Assembly: GCA_021736255.1 (NCBI GenBank)
Contig: JAIPGG010000006.1
Location: forward strand, 1 to 60,160
DNA: 60,160 bases
Source of the DNA: Spirochaetales bacterium
GTDB taxonomy: Bacteria; Spirochaetota; Spirochaetia; JAIPGG01
Direction: 5' to 3'
Below, piece by piece: positions 47,076-55,247 of the stretch. Under the pieces are notes generated by a model. That model had not been told where the DNA came from. It did not search any database and worked only from the letters and a program-made list of their open reading frames with translations. Made by a program: the position numbers and the translations under genes. The first letter of the stretch is position 1. The number at the start of each line of letters is the position of its first letter.

Positions 47076-49385
47076 ATGATTATGGATTCAAAGAAAACCA
47101 ATAGAGAAACCATCGGGGCCCAGGCAGTACCGGGAATCTCCCCGAACAGCCGAGTGCAGGCACTGATCGACCGCAGAGACAAACTCGCCCGGGAACATAA
47201 GCGTGATTTGTACGTAGACAATCCCGAATTCCTTGTCTATCACTGGTCAGGGGAAGCCGAAGCCTTCAGTCCCGCCACCGGCGAACATGCCGCAGCCGAG
47301 GACAAACGCATCAACCTCGGGGATCACAACTGCCGTGTGGACATCGGCATTCCCTTTCCCTACACAGAGGAGATGCCCTCCAAAAAGAACGGCCACAGCA
47401 ACGATCCCGAAAACTTCGGCGCCGACTACGCCTTTTTTATGGATCACAGTCCGGCGGAGATCCATCCCCACGAACAGATTGTCGGAGAGTTTCACTGGCA
47501 GCTCGACGAGGCCCGCCGATTCCGCTACCCCGAAAAGCAGCGGGAACTCGGCCGGCAGGCCAGGCAGTTGGGAGCCGGGGGTATCAGCTTCAACCACACC
47601 ACCCCGGATTTGAGTATCGGCCTCTCTCTGGGATGGAAAGGCCTCCTGGAAAAAATTCGCAGCAATCGTTCCAAATACGAAGAATACGGAAACCAGCAGA
47701 GCGTTCAATACCTAAACGGGGCTGAACAGGTCGCCCTTTCCATATCCCGGTTTATCGCCCGGCATGCAGAACGAGCCGAAGAGCTTTCTGCAGCCGAAAG
47801 TGACCCCGAACTCAAAGAGAATTACCGGCAGGTTGCCCAAACATGCCGGGCCATCAGCCAGGATGCACCGAAAACCCTTCAGCAGGCTGTGCAGTGGATC
47901 CAGTTTTACCTCCTTGCCGACCGGATAATAGGCCACGGCAACGGATACGGCAGGCTCGATCAACTGCTCATCGACTTCTACCGAAACGATCTCGAAGAGG
48001 GAAGGATCACTCGTGAACAGGCCCGCGACTACATTGCAGAGCTCTACCTCAAATACGGGGGAAACTACTTCTCCTTCGGAGGCAGAAACCGGGAACTCGA
48101 GGATGCTACCAACGAGCTGAGCTGGATCGGCCTCGAGGCATACGATATGACCGGCGGCTACAACCACCTCGGAGTCATGTGGCACCCGGATATGGACCCG
48201 GACTTTTTCGAATATGCCTGCGACGTTGTGGGACGGCACGGAGCGGGAACTCCCACTCTGGTAAACTACGACGTTATGCGCTACAGCCAGCTCCGCTCGG
48301 GTGTAAGCGAGGACGATGCCTGGAATATCTCCTACAGCGGATGCCAGTGGTACTGCACGGTAGGCAACGAGTACAACGACCAGGACCTCAATTCCCTCGT
48401 TCTCGTCCAGCCGATGCAGCGGGCCATGAAGCGTGCAGCTGGCGAAGGCAGCAAAACCTTCGACGATTTCTGGCAGATCTACGATCAGGAGGTCCAAAAG
48501 ACCGCCGACATCCTGCGGGATTTCAAGAACAAGACCTACGAATGGCAAGCCCGGATATGGCCGGAGATCGTTACTTCTTTCTGCATGCACGGTCCCATGG
48601 ATAAGGGAAAGGACGTCACCGACACCCGGGCAGTAAACAACAACTACACCTCGGTCAACGTGTTGGGTGTTCCCAATGTCTCCGATTCGATGTATGCCAT
48701 CAAGAAACTTGTGTACGAGGAGGGCCTCTGCAGCATGTCCGAACTCCTCGAGGCAGTCGAGAATGACTGGGAAGGGCGAGAACCCCTTCGCCGGCGGTTT
48801 TTGAACCTGCCCAAGTTCGGCAACGACATCGATGAACCGGATACCATGGGCATCAGGGTATCCGAACACATCCGGGAAACCCTCGAGAGCCGCCGCAACA
48901 TAAAGGGATTCCATTTCCGCCCCTCGCTCTTCCAGTACATGGGGCACACCTATGCCGGTCCAATGCTGGGGGCCACCCCCGACGGGAGAAAGGCCGCCGA
49001 ACCCCTCGCCCACGGCATGAATCCAATGCACGGACGCAACACGGAGGGAATAGTAGCAACCGCCAACTCATTTACCAAACTCGACTTTCGCAAATACCAG
49101 GGCGGCTCGTTTCAGATCGAGCTCGAGCCCTCCTTTTTTCAGCGGGACGAGAGGCGCGGTCCTGTGGTAGCTATGTTCGCCAAATCGTTCTTCGAAAAGG
49201 GCGGTGTGCAAATCAACCTGAACGTCATCGACATAGATACCCTCAAGGATGCAATGGCCAATCCGGAAAAGGATGAATATCAGGACATCGTAGTCAAAGT
49301 AACCGGGTACTCGGCACACTTTGTTGTCATGGACCGGCAATTCCAGAGCGAGTTCATTCAGCGGGTCAATTACGAGGACCTCTAG
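47076..49385 (+). CDS. Glycyl radical enzyme (PFL-like superfamily), atypical active site
   Basis: GRLDQ, PKFGND, ATPDGR, QINLNV; Cys loop SGCQW (Cys423) and Gly loop VKVTGYS (Gly744). Confidence 0.92.
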   Translation: MIMDSKKTNRETIGAQAVPGISPNSRVQALIDRRDKLAREHKRDLYVDNPEFLVYHWSGEAEAFSPATGEHAAAEDKRINLGDHNCRVDIGIPFPYTEEMPSKKNGHSNDPENFGADYAFFMDHSPAEIHPHEQIVGEFHWQLDEARRFRYPEKQRELGRQARQLGAGGISFNHTTPDLSIGLSLGWKGLLEKIRSNRSKYEEYGNQQSVQYLNGAEQVALSISRFIARHAERAEELSAAESDPELKENYRQVAQTCRAISQDAPKTLQQAVQWIQFYLLADRIIGHGNGYGRLDQLLIDFYRNDLEEGRITREQARDYIAELYLKYGGNYFSFGGRNRELEDATNELSWIGLEAYDMTGGYNHLGVMWHPDMDPDFFEYACDVVGRHGAGTPTLVNYDVMRYSQLRSGVSEDDAWNISYSGCQWYCTVGNEYNDQDLNSLVLVQPMQRAMKRAAGEGSKTFDDFWQIYDQEVQKTADILRDFKNKTYEWQARIWPEIVTSFCMHGPMDKGKDVTDTRAVNNNYTSVNVLGVPNVSDSMYAIKKLVYEEGLCSMSELLEAVENDWEGREPLRRRFLNLPKFGNDIDEPDTMGIRVSEHIRETLESRRNIKGFHFRPSLFQYMGHTYAGPMLGATPDGRKAAEPLAHGMNPMHGRNTEGIVATANSFTKLDFRKYQGGSFQIELEPSFFQRDERRGPVVAMFAKSFFEKGGVQINLNVIDIDTLKDAMANPEKDEYQDIVVKVTGYSAHFVVMDRQFQSEFIQRVNYEDL

Positions 49386-49399
49386 GCCGTGCTGTGAAC

Positions 49400-50356
49400 A
49401 TGAAGGCACGTATTTTCGACATCCACCGGCTCTCCACCCACGACGGCCCCGGCTTCCGGACGGCCGTCTTTTTTAAAGGCTGCAGTCTGCGCTGCCGGTG
49501 GTGCCACAACCCCGAGAGTTTCAACCCCGGTCCGGAGGTGTGGTGGTATTCAAACAAATGTATCGGCTGCCTCGATTGTGTTCGCTCCTGCCCGGAAGAC
49601 GCCCTCAGTGCTGAAGAGGAGGGAATCCGCATTGACCGGAATAAATGCACAGGCTGCGGAATCTGCGCCTCGGTCTGCCCCTCCGGCGCCATGCGTATGG
49701 TCGGAAACGAATGGAAACTAGACGACTTGATCGAACTCATAGAAAAGGACAGGCAATACTTCGACAATTCCGGCGGAGGTATCACCCTCTCCGGAGGAGA
49801 ACCGCTTCTGCAAAGCGGCTTCAGTCTTTCCCTGCTCGATGCAGCGGCCGCAAGGGGTATCTCCACTGCCGTCGACACCTGCGGAGCAGTACCTCCCGAA
49901 ACCATCGAGCAGAGCCTGCCCCTCACCGACTATCTTTTCTATGACCTCAAACTCATAGACCCGGAGGAACACCGCAGCTTCACCGGAGCGGGAAACGACA
50001 GGATCCTCGAAAACCTCCGCTTTGCAGCCGACTATGCACGAAACAACCGGAAGCCGGAAATCTGGGTCAGGACCCCCCTCATCCCCGGCGCTACTGCAGG
50101 AGAGGAAAACCTTCAGGCCGTCGGCGACTATCTTGCCGATATCGGATCTGATGTCATTTCCCGCTGGGAATTGCCGGCCTTCAACCGGCTCGCCTCGGAC
50201 AAATATTCCCGCCTCGGCAGGGAATGGGAATATGCCGATACCCCGATACTCACCGATTCCGAGGCCGAAAATCTGGTAAATGCTGCGAAAAGCTCACGAT
50301 TTCCCGATAAGCTGATCGTTCTGACTGGAATTACCGACTCAAATGCGTCAAAATAG
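49400..50356 (+). CDS. Glycyl-radical enzyme activating protein with a 2x[4Fe-4S] insert
   Basis: HDGPGFRT.VFFKGCSLRCRWCHNPES, CIGCLDCVRSCP, CTGCGICASVCP, GGITLSGGEP. Confidence 0.95.
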   Translation: MKARIFDIHRLSTHDGPGFRTAVFFKGCSLRCRWCHNPESFNPGPEVWWYSNKCIGCLDCVRSCPEDALSAEEEGIRIDRNKCTGCGICASVCPSGAMRMVGNEWKLDDLIELIEKDRQYFDNSGGGITLSGGEPLLQSGFSLSLLDAAAARGISTAVDTCGAVPPETIEQSLPLTDYLFYDLKLIDPEEHRSFTGAGNDRILENLRFAADYARNNRKPEIWVRTPLIPGATAGEENLQAVGDYLADIGSDVISRWELPAFNRLASDKYSRLGREWEYADTPILTDSEAENLVNAAKSSRFPDKLIVLTGITDSNASK

Positions 50357-50364
50357 ATACAGAT

Positions 50365-50991
50365 ATGTATATTTCATACAGAAAGAACCAGACCGGCCAT
50401 GCGATCGACTTCATCTCCCATGTGCTTCGGGCAGGGTATTATCTGGAGGAGCTCTACCGTCCCGGCAGCCTTACCGGCAAGGGAAAGACCATGGACAGAT
50501 GCAACGAAGCGATTCTCGAAGCCAAAAAACTCGATCCCCCTGCCGAAACCGAACAGTTCTACAGTTTCTTGCTCGCGGGCTTTCAGGCGATTCTTCTGAC
50601 CCTTCTCGATGAACCCAAAATGGCCAAACAGGCCATTCGCGTTTTCCCCCAGCGGCATTTCAAATCCCATGAACTCGGCCGGCCGTCTTTACGACCCGTG
50701 CTGTATCATATTCCCAAAATCATGGGGCTCGCCTTGGAACATGAAAACGAGGCCTTTTTTCAGTTTCTGTGCCGAACCTGTCTGGTAATCGAACCCATGT
50801 CGTTTCTCGAGAACAAGATCGATATGACCCTAACCGACCTGATTCGCAGCAGAAAATCCCCCGAGTTCACGGCAGGATGGCAGTTCCTCCTGCATCATGC
50901 CGAAGGCCTTGCCCCGGAGTTTCCTGTATTTCGGGAATATGTTCAGGGACTACGCAGTTCCGAGTCCGACCTTTTGTGCCTGACGGTGTAA
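50365..50991 (+). CDS. Hypothetical protein in the GRE operon
   Basis: 208-aa ORF 8 nt after the activase, on the same strand, with no competing annotated gene. Confidence 0.7.
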   Translation: MYISYRKNQTGHAIDFISHVLRAGYYLEELYRPGSLTGKGKTMDRCNEAILEAKKLDPPAETEQFYSFLLAGFQAILLTLLDEPKMAKQAIRVFPQRHFKSHELGRPSLRPVLYHIPKIMGLALEHENEAFFQFLCRTCLVIEPMSFLENKIDMTLTDLIRSRKSPEFTAGWQFLLHHAEGLAPEFPVFREYVQGLRSSESDLLCLTV

Positions 50992-51015
50992 AATAATGAA
51001 GAGAGGTTATTTCTC

Positions 51016-51453
51016 ATGGACTTTTCCTACCCGGTTGCAGAACGCGCAGTAAAGCGCTGGAAAAGCGAACGGCTCGAAGAAATCGAACCGCAGCATTTTC
51101 TCTTCCATTACCAGGGAAGCACCTGCAGCAACGGCGGAGTACCCTTTATCGCCGATTTTCACGTGATTGTCGATAAAAGCCCAACACTTCGGATTCAAAG
51201 CGCATGGATCGAGATGCCGGAAGAAGAGGAAGAAAACTGGCGGGAAATGTGCTCATTCCAGAGCCGGGGCGAGAAGTTTCTCCGGGAGATTACGAAAGAA
51301 GCAGCCTTCGCCGGGAAAACGGTCGAAGAGGTTCTCAACAACCCTGGAGAAATCAATTATGCCGGGTGCCTCTGCTTTCCCGCCATGGTCAATCAGAAGT
51401 GGCAAATGGTTCTTTCCACCGTCCATTATGCCTGCGCCGTCAGTGGAGCATAA
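51016..51453 (+). CDS. Small Cys-rich hypothetical protein (possible Fe-S accessory subunit)
   Basis: 145 aa, GAGG RBS; GSTCSNGG, EMCSF, AGCLCF. Confidence 0.75.
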   Translation: MDFSYPVAERAVKRWKSERLEEIEPQHFLFHYQGSTCSNGGVPFIADFHVIVDKSPTLRIQSAWIEMPEEEEENWREMCSFQSRGEKFLREITKEAAFAGKTVEEVLNNPGEINYAGCLCFPAMVNQKWQMVLSTVHYACAVSGA

Positions 51454-52615
51454 CCTGCCCGCCGGTCACCGGCACTGCCTGACCGGTTTCGTAGACCTGA
51501 TCAACGACATATTCGAGGGCCTTATAGACATCCGGACCGGTACACCCGCGCTTCATCGGGACCTTTTGTTCATAAAAATGCTTTACATCCTCTATTGATT
51601 TTGCCCCCGGGACTTTACCGGCCCGCAGGTACTGGACAAACAGCCCCCGCTCAGGGTCCGACCAGAGGGGCCCCTCGAAAAAGTTACCCGGACAGATGGA
51701 ATTGACCTTGATGTTGTCGCTTATCAGTTCGAGTGCAAAACTCTGAGTCAAACCGATCCCGCCGAACTTCCCGCCGGCATAGGCTCCGTTTTTATTGGAC
51801 CCGGAAAGACCGGACTTGGAATTGATTTGGATAATATCGCTGAACATCGGACCGCTGCCCGCTGCCTCGGCAGCCTTGTTCTGCAGGGCCATTACCGGGG
51901 AAACATGCTTCGTACCGAGAAAATAGCCGAAATAGTTTACCCGCGACACGAACTCGAAATCGGAATACTTCAGTTCTTTTACGCTTCCCGCTTTGAGGAC
52001 CCCGGCGTTGCTCAGATACAGATCCACCCCGCCGGTTCGCTTCACCACCTCTTCCGCCATAGCCGCCACAGATTCTTCTTTGGAAACATCGACCTGCAGA
52101 GCATAGGCGGCCTTCTGTGAACCCCTTCCGGTGTACTGCTCGTTGATACTCTGTGCCATCTTTTCGGCGCCCTCGAGATTGAGATCGACGATTACCACAA
52201 CAGCACCACGAGCGGCAAGCTGCTGTACCAGAGAGGCCCCGAAACCCTGGGCCCCGCCGGTTACCACCGCAGCCTTCCCGGCCACCGGCGAATTGATTGA
52301 AACACCTTCCGGATAATAAACCCGATACTGTCCCACTCCTTCGACTTCGATCCGTACCGGTCCGGAAGCAGAGGCTTCCTCTCCCTTTTCGGGAACAACC
52401 TCGGCTCCGCCTGCAGCTTTCCACGCCGCGGTCAATTCCTCGACGAGCTTGTCTTCGTCCAATTCCGAGAACCCGCGGTCTTTGATCTTTAGAACGGCTT
52501 CCCCTGAATCGGGTGCTGTATCATCCTCTTCGGAAACCATTTGGACCAGGGGAGCGGTCTTTCCGTTATACATCAATCCCCGCAGAAGGGGGGCTGCCTT
52601 ATGCTGTACATCCAT
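51440..52615 (-). CDS. SDR oxidoreductase, sorbitol-6-phosphate dehydrogenase (SrlD)-like, with an extra N-terminal segment
   Basis: TGGAQGFG, NAG, IIQINSKSG..GS..N..YAGGKFGG.GLTQS.ALEL, TGQ...VTGGQVM. Confidence 0.88.
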   Translation of the reverse strand: MDVQHKAAPLLRGLMYNGKTAPLVQMVSEEDDTAPDSGEAVLKIKDRGFSELDEDKLVEELTAAWKAAGGAEVVPEKGEEASASGPVRIEVEGVGQYRVYYPEGVSINSPVAGKAAVVTGGAQGFGASLVQQLAARGAVVVIVDLNLEGAEKMAQSINEQYTGRGSQKAAYALQVDVSKEESVAAMAEEVVKRTGGVDLYLSNAGVLKAGSVKELKYSDFEFVSRVNYFGYFLGTKHVSPVMALQNKAAEAAGSGPMFSDIIQINSKSGLSGSNKNGAYAGGKFGGIGLTQSFALELISDNIKVNSICPGNFFEGPLWSDPERGLFVQYLRAGKVPGAKSIEDVKHFYEQKVPMKRGCTGPDVYKALEYVVDQVYETGQAVPVTGGQVMLH

Positions 52616-52637
52616 TTCTTTCTCTCCTTATTTCAGG

Positions 52638-53960
52638 TCATGCGAAATCTGCGAGCCGGCGAATTGCTTCGGGATCGCGCCGGTCGTGCTGCCTTCCTAT
52701 ATCGGCATAGCGTTCCATTCTCTCCGCGAGATCCAGGCCGGACAAGGGATTGTCGGGGTGAAAAAGGCCGAGTTCCGCTGAACAGTTCGTCAGTTTTTCG
52801 TGGGCAATCAGCGCCCAGGTAGCATCGATTAAATGGGAAAACTCAGGCTGTTCGAGCTCCCTGCAGTGAAAGGACTGGCGGGAGGTGTTGATATCGACAC
52901 CGCTTATCTCCATGAGCTCATTCTCCCGGGCAAGCCGCATAATCCGTTTCAGCTGCTGCATAGTATTGCGCGGCGGCATGTAGGTTACCGCCTGAAAACC
53001 GAGGCGCTTCACCTCCGGTATCAGAGAATCCAGAAACTCATCCTCGAATTTTTGTGCTTTCTTGTCCCCGGTCGGCGATTCACCGACATCGCCCAGGTAG
53101 GCATACGCAGGTATTGCTCCTGTTTTCTGCGCCAGGGCGACTGCATCCTTTACCGAAACGCATTCGTTCTCGTCGGGCTGAACGTAGAACCTAGGGGTGT
53201 ACTCTGATTTCAATACACCGAGCAGATCGTAAAGATAATGCGGGTTATGTTCATCTTCAAGAAACTCTTTTATCCGCTGAGGCAGATTAATCCCCATCTT
53301 CTCGGCAAGAAGCCGAACCACACCAGGCCCCCTGCCTTCGGAGGCGAGGATCCGGTGAACAAGGGCAAAAAGCAAATGCCGTTCGGTTATACTTCCTCCT
53401 TCATCGGCAGAGGAGAGCGGGACGACATCAGCTGCAAAATCCAGTTTTCCGATTCCGAAGTTTCCGATCATATCGTTCAAGGCCTCGAGCATTCGGCGGT
53501 TCCGCTGATTTCGGGCCTCATGGATAGGTTCGAGAAAACGTCCTACCACCGGAAAAGCAGCGGCAGGCACTCCGTGTATAACAATATATGCAATATTTTG
53601 AGAATCGGGGCTGTTCAGCCGCAATCCCTCGAGTCCGGTCCCGCTCATGTTAACCCGGAGTTCGAATCCCACGGTAGATCCTATAGACAGGGCCCTGGCA
53701 GCCTCGATCATCTCCATTCCGCCGGCTATGGAATCATGATCGACAATACCGACGGCCTGCAGCCCGGCCTTCCAAGCCTCGAAAGCCGCGGCGGTAGGGG
53801 TATACGGGCTGAAGGAATAGCTTGTATGAACATGGTTGTTTACTTCTATTGTAGGTGTTATATCCGGCTGATTTCGGTCGCGATAATCCGCTAATTCACG
53901 GTGTATTTGAAAGCGTCGTTTACTGCTTTCATGATTGACAGGGGGGATGGGTGTTTCCAT
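52638..53960 (-). CDS. PHP-domain metallophosphoesterase
   Basis: NNHVHT..S, GIVDHD, G.E, SGVD. ATG 53960 follows GGAG. Confidence 0.8.
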   Translation of the reverse strand: METPIPPVNHESSKRRFQIHRELADYRDRNQPDITPTIEVNNHVHTSYSFSPYTPTAAAFEAWKAGLQAVGIVDHDSIAGGMEMIEAARALSIGSTVGFELRVNMSGTGLEGLRLNSPDSQNIAYIVIHGVPAAAFPVVGRFLEPIHEARNQRNRRMLEALNDMIGNFGIGKLDFAADVVPLSSADEGGSITERHLLFALVHRILASEGRGPGVVRLLAEKMGINLPQRIKEFLEDEHNPHYLYDLLGVLKSEYTPRFYVQPDENECVSVKDAVALAQKTGAIPAYAYLGDVGESPTGDKKAQKFEDEFLDSLIPEVKRLGFQAVTYMPPRNTMQQLKRIMRLARENELMEISGVDINTSRQSFHCRELEQPEFSHLIDATWALIAHEKLTNCSAELGLFHPDNPLSGLDLAERMERYADIGRQHDRRDPEAIRRLADFA

Positions 53961-54180
53961 AGACAGGAACTCCGTTGTACTCAAGAATTTCGTATGCTCT
54001 CTTTTCTATAGGCAGGCAGCTTCCCGACAGGGTTCATCTGCTTCGCCTTTGCAGGAAAGAGGCAATGAAATCCACACACGACGATGTGAAGATGCCATAT
54101 ATCGGGCTCTGATGCAAGAGCTCCCTGGCTGCTCCGACGCCCCGGAGATTTCGGCTGCCGGGGCCAAACCAAATAACAGC

Positions 54181-55020
54181 TTATTTGCGGGAGGGGCTGC
54201 CGAACAGACGGAAAAAGGGCGAGAATTTTCCGCAGCGTTTTTTCCCCTCCAAGAGCTCCTTCAGGTCAACAAGAACGGGAAGAGCGGCTGCCTCACCCCG
54301 GCTTATCAGTTCCTCCTTGTGTTTGAGATCCTGATAGCCATAATCCGAAAGCTCCGGTTCGATCCGAAATGTGCAGGGATCCGGATCCTTCATGCTGATA
54401 TTATCCATGAGAATCCCGAAAGAGTAATACAAGACAGATAATAGAGATTCGGGCGGCTTTGTCCGGCTCCGATCGGCATTCAAATTCACCGATAAAACAA
54501 CATCCGCACCCATCGAATACACAATATCCTCGGGAACATTGTTTCTGAGGCCGCCGTCTACCAGCATCCTCCCGTTCACCCACACCGGGGGGAAAATACC
54601 GGGAATGCTGCAGCTCGCCCGTACAATCCTCGCAGCATCCCCCGAATCGGCAACCACCTGCTCTCCGCTTATGATATCCACGGTTACAGCCCGGAAGGGC
54701 TTAAGCAGGTCTTGTATATCGAGACCGCCTATATCATTTTCCAAAAGAGCTTCCATTCGTCCGGCTTTAACCAGACCGAGAGAAGGGATAGCAGGCCTGA
54801 TCAAATTCGCCCAGGTAATATCCTTCGCAATCTCGTAAATTGAGCGCCACTTGTATCCTGCAGCATAATACACGCCTATCAGACTGCCTGCACTGGTACC
54901 GGCTACATAGTCCGCCTCAAGGCCGGCCTCTTCGAGGGCCTTTAATACACCGATATGTGCAAGGCCTCGAGCTGCTCCCCCGCCGAGGGCTAACCCAAGT
55001 TTTTTTCGTTTGGTGCTCAT
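54181..55020 (-). CDS. Patatin-like phospholipase (RssA/NTE type)
   Basis: GGGAARG, GTSAG, RASCSIPG, DGG. Confidence 0.95.
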   Translation of the reverse strand: MSTKRKKLGLALGGGAARGLAHIGVLKALEEAGLEADYVAGTSAGSLIGVYYAAGYKWRSIYEIAKDITWANLIRPAIPSLGLVKAGRMEALLENDIGGLDIQDLLKPFRAVTVDIISGEQVVADSGDAARIVRASCSIPGIFPPVWVNGRMLVDGGLRNNVPEDIVYSMGADVVLSVNLNADRSRTKPPESLLSVLYYSFGILMDNISMKDPDPCTFRIEPELSDYGYQDLKHKEELISRGEAAALPVLVDLKELLEGKKRCGKFSPFFRLFGSPSRK

Positions 55021-55247
55021 CGACCGGCTCCTATAAATACGACTTCGTGATTCATGCTATGCAGTTCCGTGGAAAAAATCAATGCTGCAGTTCACCGATA
55101 TATGAGCGACTTTTTATTGGACAAAAACAACGCTCTAGGGTAAAGTAAAATACACAGGATTTGATATTCAATATATATTTTACTCGTTTAATATTTTTCG
55201 GCTAATATATATTATTGTATATATATTTCCTGACGAAAGGAGTTTCT

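Noticed and set aside
45745-49031. Long antisense ORFs (430 aa and 439 aa)
   Set aside because: Shadow frames opposite motif-supported genes, with no recognisable motifs. The same applies to 2026-3132, 10105-11070, 17876-18907, 30872-32053 and 32450-33385.
47076-49385. Calling the GRE pyruvate formate-lyase or propanediol dehydratase
   Set aside because: It lacks the adjacent Cys-Cys of PFL and the GCVE Glu of dehydratases, and there are no microcompartment genes in the window.
53985-54180. Possible ncRNA or riboswitch upstream of the PHP gene
   Set aside because: No recognisable SRP, 6S, cobalamin or c-di-GMP motif and no convincing long stem by eye.
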